From the NCBI GenBank assembly GCA_013239625.1, contig MU054187.1:3793757-3857756 (forward strand): DNA of 64,000 nt, written 5' to 3'. Below the pieces are notes generated by a model. That model ran no database searches. It was given only the letters and a program-made list of their open reading frames with translations, and was not told the origin of the DNA. Position numbers and translations under genes: made by a program. Below are positions 23,500-36,619 of this stretch, in pieces; positions within the stretch are counted from its first letter, which is position 1; each line of letters opens with the position of its first letter. This stretch comes from Lama guanicoe. Lineage: Eukaryota.

Positions 23500-24140
23500 T
23501 GCCTGCCACAAGCGCCTTCTGCAAAGGAGGCGCCAGGGCTTCGATCTTTGTCGGGGACCAGCCGCTGCGGTCTCCCACTTTGGTCGCTAGAGGGCAGCGC
23601 TGTCCTGCGTAGGTTTGGCGTCGGGCAGGGGTCCCAGCGTGCTAGCCGCGGACACTCACCCGAGTGGCCGCCACGCGGCACCTGCGCCCAGCCTGCCTCC
23701 CAGGCAGGGGCAGCCCTGCAGAGGGGCCTGGAAGCGGAGCGCGGGGCTGCGGCGGCAGAACGCCCCACATAGCCTGGAGGAGCCAGCATGGACATCTTGC
23801 CAGAAAAGCAGGATGCTTCCCCTTCGATTTTAGGCTTGTCACACGGGAGGCCTGGCGGTGTGGTCTCCAGCTACTTTCTCCCTCCCAGCAGGGAAATTTC
23901 CCCACTGCTGTCCCGGCTTTGTAAAGTCAGCGACTACACTCCTGTACCCAGTGCGAAAGGCGTGCAGGAGCGAAACCCACCTAAATTGTTGTGCCTGAGC
24001 GCTGGCATACTTGGGATCGCCCAGCTACAGACTTTAAACACATAACCGGGGGCAAGAGGCTGAGACACATGAGAGGTGTGTGTGAATGACCGCATCACGT
24101 GGCGCTTCCTTGGTGGGTTCACAGTGCTGGACACGGAAAG
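23500..24140. promoter_or_regulatory. Second, upstream CpG-rich block
   Basis: CpG-dense segment separated from the main island by a MIR-like piece and a TATC-type repeat. Confidence 0.65.
23581..23599 (+). promoter_or_regulatory. Candidate CTCF site
   Basis: TGGTCGCTAGAGGGCAGCG closely fits the CTCF core CC(A/G)(C/G)(C/T)AG(A/G)(G/T)GGC with one 5' mismatch. Confidence 0.55.
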
Positions 24141-25554
24141 GCCTCTTGGAATCTTGAAAAAGTAAAAGCTTAAGGTTGAAAGGGGACTCGGGGAAATTTA
24201 TTACAACTTTAATTGTATAAATTGGAGAAACCGAGGCCCAGAGCCTATAAGTGATGTCCAAGTGACCCGCCCAGACAGGGGCAGAACCGGGCCCCCTCAC
24301 CCCTCCCTGGCACCTCCTCAGACCTGGTTTGTTTCTGTTGGAACAATTACTGCCTGCTCTGACTCAGTTTCTCTTGGTGAATCTGCATCTTTCTCTGCAT
24401 TTTTAAATATAAGGGGAGAGAGACCAGGAGAGGGCTGTCCCCTAGGGGTAGGGCTAGGGTACTCAGGGCCCCAGCACAAACCCAGATGCTTGGAGCGTAG
24501 TCGGTGCTGAATGAATGTGTGTTGACAGAATGGAGGGATGACGGGGGAGAGGTCGGTCTTGTTTGCATACCCCGACCAGTGAGGGTCACTTCTCTTTGTC
24601 CCCCTGCCCCTGTCTACCCTGAGGCTAAAGGACATACATTTCTATATTTATTTCTTTATATTTGAACTGTGGCAAGAAATTCATCTTTTCATGATTCTTT
24701 AAATATTTATCGGGGACTAATAGATTTTGCAGTTACCTTCTGGGAAAAAGCTGCTCTAGAAATCAGACTCACAAGAGAGAAGGAAGCCTTCTCTTAAAGC
24801 ATTTAATCCAGAGAATTCTTGTTCCCAGGTTAGGATCAAGACCTTGCTGCCTTCTGATCCTAAGGTCCCAAATGTTAGACAACAGAGATTCATTCCTGAG
24901 ACCAAGAAATGTGAATTCTAAAGCCCTGATGCTGAGTGGTGTCTTACCCAGCTCTTATGTGTTCTGAGTGCCTGCAGGAGGGGTTTTAAAAAGTCCTTTC
25001 AGTGTCCTCTCCCGCCGTTTCCAGGATGGAAGATGTCTAAATTGAAGGCTGTCTTTCAGGTGCCCATTCCTCCTTCCCTCCCTTTCCTGCCCCCCAAACA
25101 GGCATCCTTTATTAAGGAAACCTATTTCTCTGCTCCTCTCTCTGTAAAATAGCAGCAGTGGGAAGAAGGCAGTTCTGTGCTCTGGGGATTGTGTAATGTT
25201 TCAGCATAAAAGCACCGTTCTCACATTTCAGATGTTTGGAGTCACAGGCACACTTGCCCGTTCTCAGTTAAAACATAAAGTGCCAGCTTTGTAGGATAGG
25301 ATTCTGTGATCTGGGCATGTGACCTTGAAGACCACTGTTAAGGCTCTGAAATGACACCAGAGCAGAGAGGCTGGAAGGAGAACTGATAGGAAGGAGATGC
25401 TTTATGCTGTAATCAATCTCCATTCTAAGGAGGGTGAATGCTGGCACATTCTCACTCTCAAACACACAGGAAGCAAAATAAACCCCATGGAAGAAAAAGG
25501 AACCTGGTACAAAGTTGCCTAAAACTGAGTTTAAATAATAGAAAGTATATATGT

Positions 25555-25835
25555 TTATTTGTTGTATTTATTTATTTATTTATTATTTATTTATTTAATT
25601 TTAAAACACGTTTATTGTGGTATAATTTCAGTACAGTAAACCACACGTATTTCAGATGTACAATTTGATGAATTTTGATAGATGTATACACCCATGAAAC
25701 CACCACCACAATCAAGACAGCTAATATTTCCATCACTCCCCAAGAGGTGCAAATTTCAAACTCCCAGTTTATCCCTTCCCACCCTCTCTACCCCCTGGTA
25801 ACCATAAGTTTGTTCTCTATATCTATGAGTCTGAT
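25555..25835 (-). mobile_element. L1 3' end fragment, antisense, with (TATT)n tail
   Basis: TTTATTGTGGTATAATT...TGTACAATTTGATGAATTTTGA...CATGAAACCACCACCACAATCAAGA. Confidence 0.75.
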
Positions 25836-27989
25836 GACATAAGACACATTCCAATCAAAGAAAAGGGAAGGGGAAGGGGAAGGGAAGGGAAAGATGTCAA
25901 TGTGTCAGAGAGAAAGAGTGGAGGACCAAGAACAAAACAGCTGGGAAGGGAAACTAAAGGAAGCCCGTGGAACATACTGTTTGTATCCTGTAATCTTAGA
26001 GACAGTTGAGAAAAGGCACCTAAACTTGGCCTTCAACTCTCAGACAAGGAAACATACATTTTAGCATTAAGCACAGGTAATTAGGCCATGAATAAAACAA
26101 GTCATATTAGGACTCATTAGATTCAAAGAAGGTACAGCTGCGATTTCAACCGATACATAGATTATTAATCAGTTTGGCTTTTAAAATGACTTTTGAAATT
26201 GCCTTGAAGAAATTTACTGGCCACAGCCGAGAACCAGTCATGTTAAAAAATTGTATTGCCTCTTTGGACCTAAACCTTATTTAGGAACTCGACTTTGATT
26301 AGTTTTTCGTGGTTTCCAGAATCAAATTCTAGATCCCGCCTGCGGGAGCTGCAGAGCATGCGTTCAAAGCTGAATTAATTGAAGGCATGAAAACATCTAC
26401 CAGGGAAATGATTTCCACAACTGAGGCACTGCTAGGAGGGAGACATGTTCTAAACAGGTTTTGAGCAACACCAAATCCCTGGAGTGAATGCAGTGGCTCC
26501 AGGTTACCAGCTTCTGGAGGGAACGCCTCTGCTAGGACCCACAACGCACGATTTATATATGACAGATACTCAGTAAAACTGCTTTTGAAAAACGTGTTCC
26601 TCTTGTAGCTACATCCGCCATAGTTCATGTGCTCCTGGGATGAAGCCCAGAAGTCGAACTGTTATAAAATTATACGGAGAAAGATGCTTTTTTCCTACTC
26701 TGAAGCTGTTACCTGATAATGAATTTAGTAGAAGAGCAAAGCCAGGAAATTGATAGCCTAGAAACTAACAAGGCGTGTGATTCTGCGCAGGAAACAATTA
26801 CTTTGCTGTTAAGAGTTTTGGATCAGAAAAATGCTCATTTTCACTTCTGTTTTGCTGTCAGTTGAGTGTGTAAACTTGCAAAAGGCAATCTCTATACCTC
26901 ATTTTTCTCATTGTACAATGGGGAAACTATAACCAGCCACACTAGTTGGTTGCATAGATTAAATGAAAAATTAATATATATGCATGCAGAACACACAGGT
27001 GTTCAACCCTTTTTACTGTGCTGTGTTACACTCGAACTTTTGAGGCAGAATAGCTTTTTTTCAGTTTCTGGATTGTTACGTTCTTGGCCTCTTATTTTTG
27101 GAGCTGTGATTTGGTTGCCTTAGTGGAGTGTTCAGATAATGAAAACAAAATGAGTATTTTGATAATGGATGAAGGGAACAGGCTATTCATCTACCTGGAT
27201 CCAGTGCTCCAAATTAAAAATCACAGTGATAGAGCAATTTACGGTAACTGCAGGGAGCAAGCTGCTTCATAAAACTGTAATAAGATATCCTAGAAAAGAG
27301 GACTTGGGGATGGCATGCCCAGTCTTACCAATTGTTATTTGATTTGGGGTAGATTATGTAGCATTAATCTTCAACACTTCTGTCAGTAGCAAAGCAAACT
27401 GGGTGGGGGGTAAGATGTAGAAGTGTTTGGATCAGGGCACTCAGAGGCTCCACAGGAGGGCAGGGTTCGAACAAGTGGAGGGAACAGAAGACTAAGCACA
27501 CGGCAGTGAGACAGGAAGGAGCCTGTGGATGAAGACAGCTGTCCAAGTGCCAGGCGGCATGAATGGGGGACTGATCTGATGTGGGGAGCCTCTGGTGGAG
27601 TGGGCTGGGGGGCAGTGGGAATAAAGCAGGAAGGAAGGGGGTTGTTAAGCCCTCTTGGAGGGGGGACTGAGGGGAAGCAGCTGGTCACTCAGGGCTGCAT
27701 GGTGGAGAGAGCCCACCATTTTCTCTGCAAGGACCACCCCCACGGTGATCTCACTAAGAAGCGAGACGCCCCCAAGGAGATTTGCTCACAGGTAGGATGA
27801 GAGCCTGTTCCTCGTGTATAATGCATTTGTGTTTTTAACTTCACACCCCCAAGAGCAGACGTGGGGTAAGAGAGAACGTGAGCCTGTCGGGATCATCTTA
27901 GCATATGCGCGGTCCATCATTCTCCCCAGAGGACGGCATGCACTACATCAATTAATGGGCTTTTTCCAGGCAAGTCTTCCTTCATCTTC

Positions 27990-28850
27990 TTGCTGTACGT
28001 CCTCCAAATATCTTTGCTTCTTCCATGTCCATCGTCTCTGATTCCGCATGTGACGTCCTCCTTAGTCCTTAGGAAGCTCGTGTCAGTGACTACTTCTTTC
28101 TCTCTTACATTGGCAGTTTTTACCTCTCTGTTGCCTCTTAGTCCTCATATATTCTCAAATAAGTATAAAAACTTGCTTATTTTTCTCTTGTTTTTAAAAA
28201 GAGCTCTTTCTTAATTCTGTAATCATTCTTCTCCATGCTCAACTTGCATCCTAAGTCTGTCTCCACAGTGAAGGCTGTTGAAGAATGGTCTTGCTCCTCT
28301 GTTGGCCCTTTCTTCATCTCCTGTAAATTCCTTATTCCACTGGACTTACCTGTGAAAGCATACCTGTTAAGGTCGATAATGACTTTTAGATAAAAACCCA
28401 AGAAATTCTTTTTAGTCCTTATATTCTTTGTCATATCTGCAATATTGGACAACCACTGGCAATCCGTCTTTCTGGGACTTCTCCCTGAAACCTTTTCTCT
28501 TCCTTTTTTGGTTGTGCCTTCTTGCTCTGCTTCCTGGACTTTTCTTTCTCCATCGGTCCCTTAAATGGTGATGTTCCCTATGTTGTCCTGTGCTCCTCTC
28601 ATCTCAAGATATACATTCTGCTTAGGAAAATTTACCCACTCCAGGACTTGACCTCTCACCTGTGAGTCAATTTTTCCTGAGTCTCTGTCTCCAGTTCAGG
28701 CAGCGACTCTATGTGAGGATAACTCAAGGAGTCTGTGTTCCGGGCACCTCAAACGGATCACACGTTCAACTGCTTTGTTTGTCTCCTTCTTAAATCTGTC
28801 CTTGCTCATATCTTCACTCTCAGTGAATGGCGGACAGCTGAAATAATTCT
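27990..28850. mobile_element. L2 fragment
   Basis: Pyrimidine-rich decayed L2 motifs such as TCTCCACAGTGAAGGCTGTT and GGGCACCTCAAAC. Confidence 0.5.
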
Positions 28851-28854
28851 TTTT

Positions 28855-29920
28855 TATTTTAAATTTAGCCATTCTAATGGGTGTGTAGGGACATCTCATA
28901 ATTTTAATTTTTATTTCTCTGATGATTATTAAATTCCTGTGCTTTTTGGTCTTTCATATCTTTTGTGATGTGTCAGTTCATATATTTTGCCCATTTTTAT
29001 TGGGTGGTTTATCTTTTTGTGATTGAGTTGTCAGAGTTCTTTATATATTCTGGCTATGGTTCCCTTGTCATAAATACTAACTATTAATATTTTCTCCCAG
29101 TGTCAGGCTTACCTTTTTGTTTTCTTAACCATGTCTTTTGAAGACCCAAATATGTGTATCTTGTTTAAGAAATTTTTGCCTACCTGAAGGTTATGAAGAT
29201 ATTTTCCTGTTTTCTTCTACCAGTTTAATAGTTTTGGTTGCTATGTTTAGGTCTTTGATACATCGAGTTAATATTTATGTCTGTGATAAAAGTTAACTTT
29301 TAACTTTTTTTTTCAGAATAAATATCTAGTGTCCCAGCCCTATTTATTGAAAAGACTATTCTTTTCCTATTGAATTAGTTTGGTAACTTGGTCAAAAATC
29401 AACTGACTATATAATTTTGGATCAATTTCTGAATTCTCTGTTCAATTCTTTGTTCCACTGATCAATATGTTTATCTTTATGCTAACATTTCACACTGTCT
29501 TGATTATTGTAGCTTTGTGTTAATTCTTGAAGTCAAACAGTAAATTCTCCAACTTTCTTCATCTTTTTTTGTAATTGTTTTAGCCATTACAGGGATTCTT
29601 TACATTTCCACATACACTTTAGAATCAGCTCATCAATTTCTACAGAACAGCTTGCTGGGATTTTGACTGGACTGAGTTAAATCTGTGGATCAGCTTTGGG
29701 GGAGTTGACAGCTTAACAACTGTGTCTTCCAATCCGAGTATGGTATACCCCTTCATTTATTCAGGTCTTCTTTAATTTCTGTCAGTAGTGTTTTATAGCT
29801 TTAAGTGTATAGACATTGCATACATTTTGTCAAGTTTATTTCTAAGCATTTCATAAATTATGATCTCTTTCAAATGGTGTTATTTTGAAGTTTATTTTCC
29901 AAATGTTTGTTACTACTTCT
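28855..29920 (-). mobile_element. L1M ORF2-derived fragment, antisense
   Basis: TTTAGCCATTCTAATGGGTGTG...CACACTGTCTTGATTATTGTAGCTTT...TTTAGAATCAGCT...GCTGGGATTTTGA. Confidence 0.85.
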
Positions 29921-30035
29921 GAAATTTTTTTATAAAGAGAGGCAAACTCTTATAGGTCCTAACTTAATGTTATTCAACCTTAGGTTACAATTGATGGTGC
30001 ACTTCACTCCTGGCCTGTAGGTAACTTCCCAGAGG

Positions 30036-30078
30036 TTTTTTTGTTTTTGTTTTTGTTTTTGTTTTTGTTTTTGTTTTT
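30036..30078 (+). repeat. (TTTTTG)n microsatellite
   Basis: Direct reading. Confidence 0.9.
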
Positions 30079-31913
30079 AGGTCCCCATGTGCAGGCGCAG
30101 GGCCTTGTATTAAATAGGCCTGAGTAAACGTTTTTTGAATGAAAGTATCACTTTCAGGATCAAGTTCATTTTGGCTTAGTTTTCAAAAGACCATTAAAAA
30201 GCACTCAGAATTTAAAACTCTGGGGATTCTTATAGCTGGCACTATCTCTGAAAAGCAGAATGAAGTGATTTGACAATTACTTGAGTGATTTGAAAAATGT
30301 GGACTTTTTCTACACTTGATTGGCATCCAAGTTATTCATTGTTCATCTTAATAAGATAAGTGTCAAATCACATCCTCAATTATCTCAGGAGAGAAGTATT
30401 TTTAAAAAAGAGAGAAAAAGGAGAGGGAGTGGTTGGTTCTAAAGCAACAGAGCTGCACACAGACGTGGCGTGTGGGGAGCGGATGCCGCTCAGGGCCACT
30501 GCAGTGGTCATGGGGTGACAGCGCCACCGGGCTGCAAGGAGCCTTTTAGGCAGAAGGGAAGGGTTAGAGGGAGGTGTCCAGAATGCGTATTCTAGAGAGA
30601 GGAGGCTTTCTTCCCTGACTGAGCTGTAGCACCATCTATTTCGGAGGCTCAAAACTGGAAAACTGGCTATGTCCAGGCACTGCCTCACCCAAATTTTATT
30701 TGGTTGATATGATGTTTCTAAGTTTGTTTTTTTAATCCATATTTTAAAATAAAAATGAATGACTAATTAAAAACTAATTTTCCTGATTTAAAATTCAGAC
30801 TTTTTGTAGGAAAACCAAGATTTTGGGGTGGTCTTGAAAACAAAAAGACATAGAAGGCCTTGGCCTTGGTTCTATTATGACAGCGACTGTTTGGAACAAG
30901 GAGGGGCGGCTCCCTTTATGCACCATCTCCACCTCCTCTTCGTCTCCGCCATCCCCACCCCAGACTCTTCTTATGAGTCTATCTTACCTGCTTGGCCCCT
31001 AGGGGCACGTGACTTTGCAAGCTCTGATGTCTGGGAATTCAAATCAGAAATGTACTTGTTATCTGTGACCCTTCCATCTTCCTGAATCTCTTGCTCCCAT
31101 TTATCACCAGGCCCCCATGTTTCCACCTTTCTAACGTCTCCTGAATCTGTCGCCTCCTCTCTCTCCCGGTCCTCAACGCCTTTATCCAGACCCAACTGCA
31201 TCTCGGATGGATGACTGCTACAGACTCACCGTGGTCCATGTGGTGGTAATCTTTGTGGGAAGAAATGGGGAGGAAGAGGTCTTTCTGTCCCAAAGGCAAC
31301 AGCAACACTTCCAGAGCAACGTGGGGCAGGGGGCCACTTTCCCGAGCACCACTCTTCCGTCCCCGGGACTGGGACACAGCCCTGGGAAGTGGATCATTGC
31401 GGGAAGGAGGAGAAAACAAAGATCCTAAGTGAGGCTCGCACTTCACTTCTGTCCTCTTGCTGGGTTTCAGTCCTGAATTAATCTTTCACTAGGTTTATTA
31501 CCATAAGTCTGTGTGCAATTTACCATAAAAATGGTTTATAATTAAGATAGTACAACTTTTCAAATCTTTTAAGTCAGTGTATTTGAGAGACCTTTCAGTC
31601 TGAGACCTCTAACTATCCCCTACTTAGTCAAAAGCACCCACGTTCGGAGAGTCTTCATTTGCAACGCCGGTGATCATTGTCTGTACAATTTCTGAGCCAA
31701 GGTGGCCTACAAATGAAGCAAATAGGCCTCAAATTTATTAAAAAATATTTTAAAAGAGAGAGAGTTTGGCTTGTGAGAAGTAAAACCTTAGCTATTAGTT
31801 GCTACATGATTACAAACCTCAATTCAAGAATCAAGACCTCCCTCAGGCAAGGCTTCACGTGCTTGTCAACTTGGAAACAAATTTAGAAGCTGAGAGCATA
31901 AAGGTGGCTTGCC

Positions 31914-31961
31914 TGCATGTGTGTGTGTGTGCATGTGTGTGTGCGCGCGTGTGTGTGTGCA
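31914..31961 (+). repeat. (TG)n/(CG)n alternating purine-pyrimidine tract, 48 bp
   Basis: Direct reading; uninterrupted alternation including GCGCGCG. Confidence 0.9.
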
Positions 31962-32109
31962 GTGGGAGTGCAGGATAAGCCTCTTTGTGTGCCACTTACT
32001 TAGTTAATGCAAGGAAAGTACGAGAAAACGTCTCTGTGCCCTTTCTTATCCTGAATATCTATAGTTGAAATATCTGAACTGAGTGTGCGTTCATACAAGC
32101 ATAGCTTAC

Positions 32110-32300
32110 AGCAGTGGCTTTCTCACAGGAGGGTGTTAACCTCAGCTGGGACACCTGTTAAATAAATGTGCAGCTTCCTGGGACCACGTCTGGATAGTCT
32201 GATGGTGGAGATCCAGAGTGGGGTGCAGGGTGTGCACCATAATGAAGTCCCCAGCTGGTTTTCCTGCGGTTGGACCATCAGATCATACTTAGAGAAATGG
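32110..32300. mobile_element. MER5-like hAT DNA transposon remnant
   Basis: CAGTGGCTTTCTCA...GCAGCTTCCTGGG...CCCCAGCTGGTTTT...CATACTTAGAGAAA. Confidence 0.45.
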
Positions 32301-32859
32301 TGTCCACAGGGAAAGTGCGCACGTGGGTGTGGCCTGAGCTGATGCTCAAACCTCTGGCCCTAGAGTATGTGGCTGCATCAGTTGCACTGAGTGACACCAT
32401 GAAAGTCACACACGCAGACACACACACACACCCCCACACTTACACACGAAAATTCATCTCACACATATGTGCATTCTGCTTTTTCATTTAAAATGCAAGG
32501 ACAACCCTACCCACTATCGGGTGGTGTGTTACAGAACGAAGATCTTTTCTCCAAGTCTCTTGAAACCCTTCAAAAGAAAGCGTAAGAGACAAGAAGGAGC
32601 CGGCCTCTGCCTCCCTCCCAGCACTGCTCCTTGCCGAAGGACATACTCTATTGCTGTTAAAATGAAAAGAAAAGGCAGATTCTAAACCTCCCTTTAAAAT
32701 GTTTCTTTCAAAAAAGTGCCTCACAAATGCACAATCTTATTTCATATTTACTCTGTTTGGGTGCAGAAACTGAGTGATACTGTGTGGTGGGTGAATACAG
32801 GGAAACAGGGCGAAACCATGGGACCAGGAGGTGAGAGGGATGGTGGTCCTGAGCACGAA

Positions 32860-33025
32860 GCTGGGGCTTTGGGTTGGAACCACCTGAATTCTAGTCTTGA
32901 CTCTGCTCCTTGTGACCTTGACTGAGCTCATGACCTCTCCAAGCCCCTTCCGCAAAGGGGCATGATTGTAGTGCCTCGCTCATAGGGCTGGTGTGTAGAG
33001 TAAAACAAAATGTGCTTACAGTGGG
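32860..33025 (+). mobile_element. MIR fragment
   Basis: CCTGAATTCTAGTCTTGACTCTGC...TGTGACCTTGA...CTCATAGGGCTG. Confidence 0.55.
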
Positions 33026-35299
33026 GCGGGAACACGGGTAAGAGCCAACACGTGTGTTCACTTCCAAGCGGAGCGATGTCTGAACTTGCTGGAGCTCCCC
33101 AGGCTTTCTCTGCACCCCTCGAACCTCTCAGGCTTCTGTGCCAACCCTTTCCTGGATAAGCATAAGGCAGAAAGAATAGAGGAGGAGGGAGTGGCGTCAT
33201 GAGGTGGGGACACTGGGTCATTTGATGTGGCCTCACCCTCCGCCTTCCCATCGTATCACTTGCTGATGGATCCCAACAGTCCTGTCCTGATTGGATGAAC
33301 CGGGGGCCGGTGTTATTCTCTATAATCTTCAAAGGTACAAACTGATCAGATTTACGACGTCTGCTTTTCATCAACATCGACCTCGGCAGCAGTGAACATT
33401 AATTTCAGATGGCTCAGTATTAGGAGCAGCTTTGAACGTGACTTCTTTTCTTTTCCTGAATTCAGGAGCCATAAAAACTGACCAGGAGGGAGCCTCAGAC
33501 CTAGATCTTTATAGTAGATGTTGCAAAATAGTGACCAGCATTTGGAACTTGGCCCCACAGATGTGTTTTGTTTGGCTTGTACTGTTAAGTTTTAAAATTT
33601 CGAATCGGTGTCCAGCATTCAAGGATAAGAAAGCTTACATAAAAATACGAGTTGCCAGCCTGTTTTGGAAATCAGACCTGGTTCTCACCCAGGCTTCTGC
33701 CCACACTGGGACCTGCAGGTTGGGCTGCGATGAGGTTGTGCTTGAAGGGAGGTGGGTCCCTCAGGGGCACATTTGAACCTCTCTGGAGTGTTGATTTCCA
33801 TTGCTGGCTCTGCAAGCATCACTAAGTTTCTCCTTTCAAAGGACTTACTCACGTTGGCCTCAGGCTCCTCACCTGTAAGGTGAGCGAGGATATGTCTGGC
33901 TCTCAGAATCCTCCGTCTAGCTGTGAACGCTGCACGTGTGATGGGCAGGGATTTCTGCGGAGCCCTCCTTTTCTTCCCTCTTCCCTGCCTGTGTCTGTAG
34001 AGGCAGGGCTCCCAGCAAAGATTCTCTTGCTGACCAAACCCGCGTCCGGCTCCTCGGCCTCGTCTTCTCCAGTGGGCTTCAAACTCGGCTGAACAAACAC
34101 TAACCGTGTTTCTAACAGCGCAAGGCCTCCTCCCAAGGGTGATCCTAGCTCCCCTTAAAGTGCCTGCTTGAGAAAACTCCGCGTTGCTGAAAGGATTTCC
34201 TGTTTGTTCCAGCCAACGCCTGCAGGTAGCGCCCCCGCCTCCCCACCGTATCCTCCACTTCACGCTTCCTGCGTGGTATTTGGGTCACACTGTCTGGTAC
34301 TAAATTCCACTTTTTGTGCCTGGGAGCGTGTGGGCTCTCAGCAAGCACTTGTTGAGTGAGTAGATGAATTGGTAGCAAGCTTGGCGTTCAGACTCACAGG
34401 GAATGAGAGGCTGCCATCCTAGAGATTAGATTTTCTTTCACGCGTCAAAAAAAAGGCATCGTCTTACGCCAGGTGCCTGAGGACACGTAATTAGCAAGCC
34501 CAGATGAGGTTGCTTCCCGTAAGCTGAGCACCAAGACGAGTGAGAAAATGCAGTTTCCACTGGGGCTCGCTCTCTTAAGTGATGTTTGGAGTAAACTCTG
34601 TTTTTAATAGTTTGTGTTTGGTGCAAATAAAAAATGTAAAATGCGTAAGCAGCAATCAAAACACAGCTCTGGTGGGAAAGTGACTTGAATTTTTCAATAT
34701 GATAGCTTGTTTCTCTATGAAATGAAAGGTGATTCAGAAGGTTTGGAAATGAGATAGAAACCTGGCCTTCAAACACCGGCTCGTGGACCACTGGTGGGTT
34801 TCAATGCTTCTTGCATTCACCATACTCATGTAGATAACACCTGTAGGAAGACACAGAAGAAAAGACAAACACACGTACACCCACTACCTAGGTGCAATGG
34901 CTATAAAAATGCCTCCGCAGCTTCTCCCACCTGAAGGCGATGAACGGCTCAGAGGAAAGCATGGCTCTCCTGCTCTTTCTTCTCCCGCTGTTGCCCCGCC
35001 TCTGCCCTCAGCGTGAGCCGCTTGTGAGTGTGTGGGCATTCTCCTCCATATTTTATCATGTGGGGCTCATAAAACACACGGGATCGTGTTGATCGTCTTT
35101 AAAACCACATTTAAAGGTGTCGTACTTCCTGGGGACTTCTGACAGGAATCATATTTTTGAGACCTACGCACGGTAATACATGCATTTCCAGTTTAATCAT
35201 GTAAATGGCTTGACGGTATGATTAAATCGCAATGTAGGACTCATTGCCTTATTGTGAGAATCTAGATTATCTGCATTACAGACAGCGCTGCACTAACTA

Positions 35300-35820
35300 C
35301 CCCTGAACGCATCTCGCTGCTCACATGTCCCAGAGCTCCTCGAGAAGTACACCCACCTTTGATTACTGGGGGTTAGGGCACGTGCCCCTTTAGCTAGCTA
35401 CTCGCAAACTGTTCTGTGAAGCAGTTGTACCAATATGTGTTCCCAACAGCAGTATTGAAATTCCAGTTTTCTCCACATCTTCTCCAAGACTTGTCAGATA
35501 TTAGAATTGTCACCAGTAATGATGAGTGTCAGACGGCACCTCGTCTCACTACACTGCCTGACGCCGCGTGAGATGAGCATTTTTCATGTGCTTACGGATT
35601 GTTTAGGCTCCATTTCTCTGAACAACCTTTCATATTTTCTGGTCATTTTCTAATTGAGTGGTTTAACTCTTCATTTATAGGAGTTTCTTATACATTCTTG
35701 ATTTTAATCCTTTGTTGGTTAAATATGTTGCAAGTATCTTCTCTCTGTTTAGAAAGACTTTTATTCAATTAATTTTCATATTATGAGATTGTCAAGTTAA
35801 TTAATCCTTTCCTAATGGTT
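35300..35820 (-). mobile_element. Old L1 fragment, antisense
   Basis: TGAGCATTTTTCATGTGCTTA...GAGTTTCTTATACATTCTTGA...TGTTGCAAGTATCTTCTC. Confidence 0.7.
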
Positions 35821-35844
35821 TGTGTGTGTGTGTGTGTGTGTGTG
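35821..35844 (+). repeat. (TG)12 microsatellite
   Basis: Direct reading. Confidence 0.95.
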
Positions 35845-35859
35845 AAGAAATCTTGCCAA

Positions 35860-36574
35860 CACCTCATACCCATTATAAAAAAAAAACAGAACATCTCAAG
35901 TGTTGGTGAGGATGTGGAGAAAGTGGAACTCTTGTGCACTGTTAGTGGGGTGTAAAATGGTGTAGCCATTATGGAAAACAGTATGGAGATTCCTCAAAAA
36001 ATTAAAAATGCAGCTATCTATCCAGTAATTCCACTTCTGGGTTTATTTCCAAAGTCAACAAAAGCAGAGTCTCAAAGAGATACTTGTACACCCATGTTCA
36101 TAGCATCTTATTCAAGAAGTGGAAGCAACCTAAGTGTCCATCGATGGATGAATAGATACAGAAAATATGGCATACACATACATCACTCAGCATTTAAAAG
36201 AAAAGAAATCCTATCAATCACATGCTAGAACATGAATCAACCATGAAGGCTTTATGCTAAGGTAAACATGCCAGACACAGAACGACAAATACTGTATGAT
36301 TTCATTTGTATGAGGTGTCTAAAGTGGTCAAATTCCTAGAGGCAGAAAGTAGAATGGTGGTTCAAAGGCTGAGAGGAGGGGAAATGGGGAGTTACTATTT
36401 TAGGGGTATAGAGTTTTCAGTTTTGCAAGGTGAAAAAGTTCTGGAGATCTGTTGTACCACAGTGTGAATATACCTAACACTACAGAACTGAATACTTTAA
36501 CATGGCAAAGATGGTAAATTTTATGTAATGTGTTTTTTTTCCCCACAATTAAAAATTAAAAAACAAAACAAAAC
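35860..36574 (+). mobile_element. L1MB-like 3' end with A-rich tail and degenerate TSD, nested in an older antisense L1
   Basis: GTGTTGGTGAGGATGTGGAGAAA...ATGGAAAACAGTATGGAGATTCCTCAAAAAATTAAAAAT. Flanks AGAAATCTTGCCAA (35846-35859) and AGAAATCTTCCCTA (36575-36588). Confidence 0.85.
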
Positions 36575-36619
36575 AGAAATCTTCCCTAAATTGGAGATCA
36601 TACAGACGTTCATCAATAT

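Noticed and set aside
21330..24134. Many overlapping 60-200-aa ORFs
   Set aside because: Expected in stop-poor CpG islands. Only 21453-21590 is supported as coding.
33685..34263. 192-aa minus-strand ORF
   Set aside because: Non-ATG start, overlaps MIR-like sequence, and no recognisable domain.
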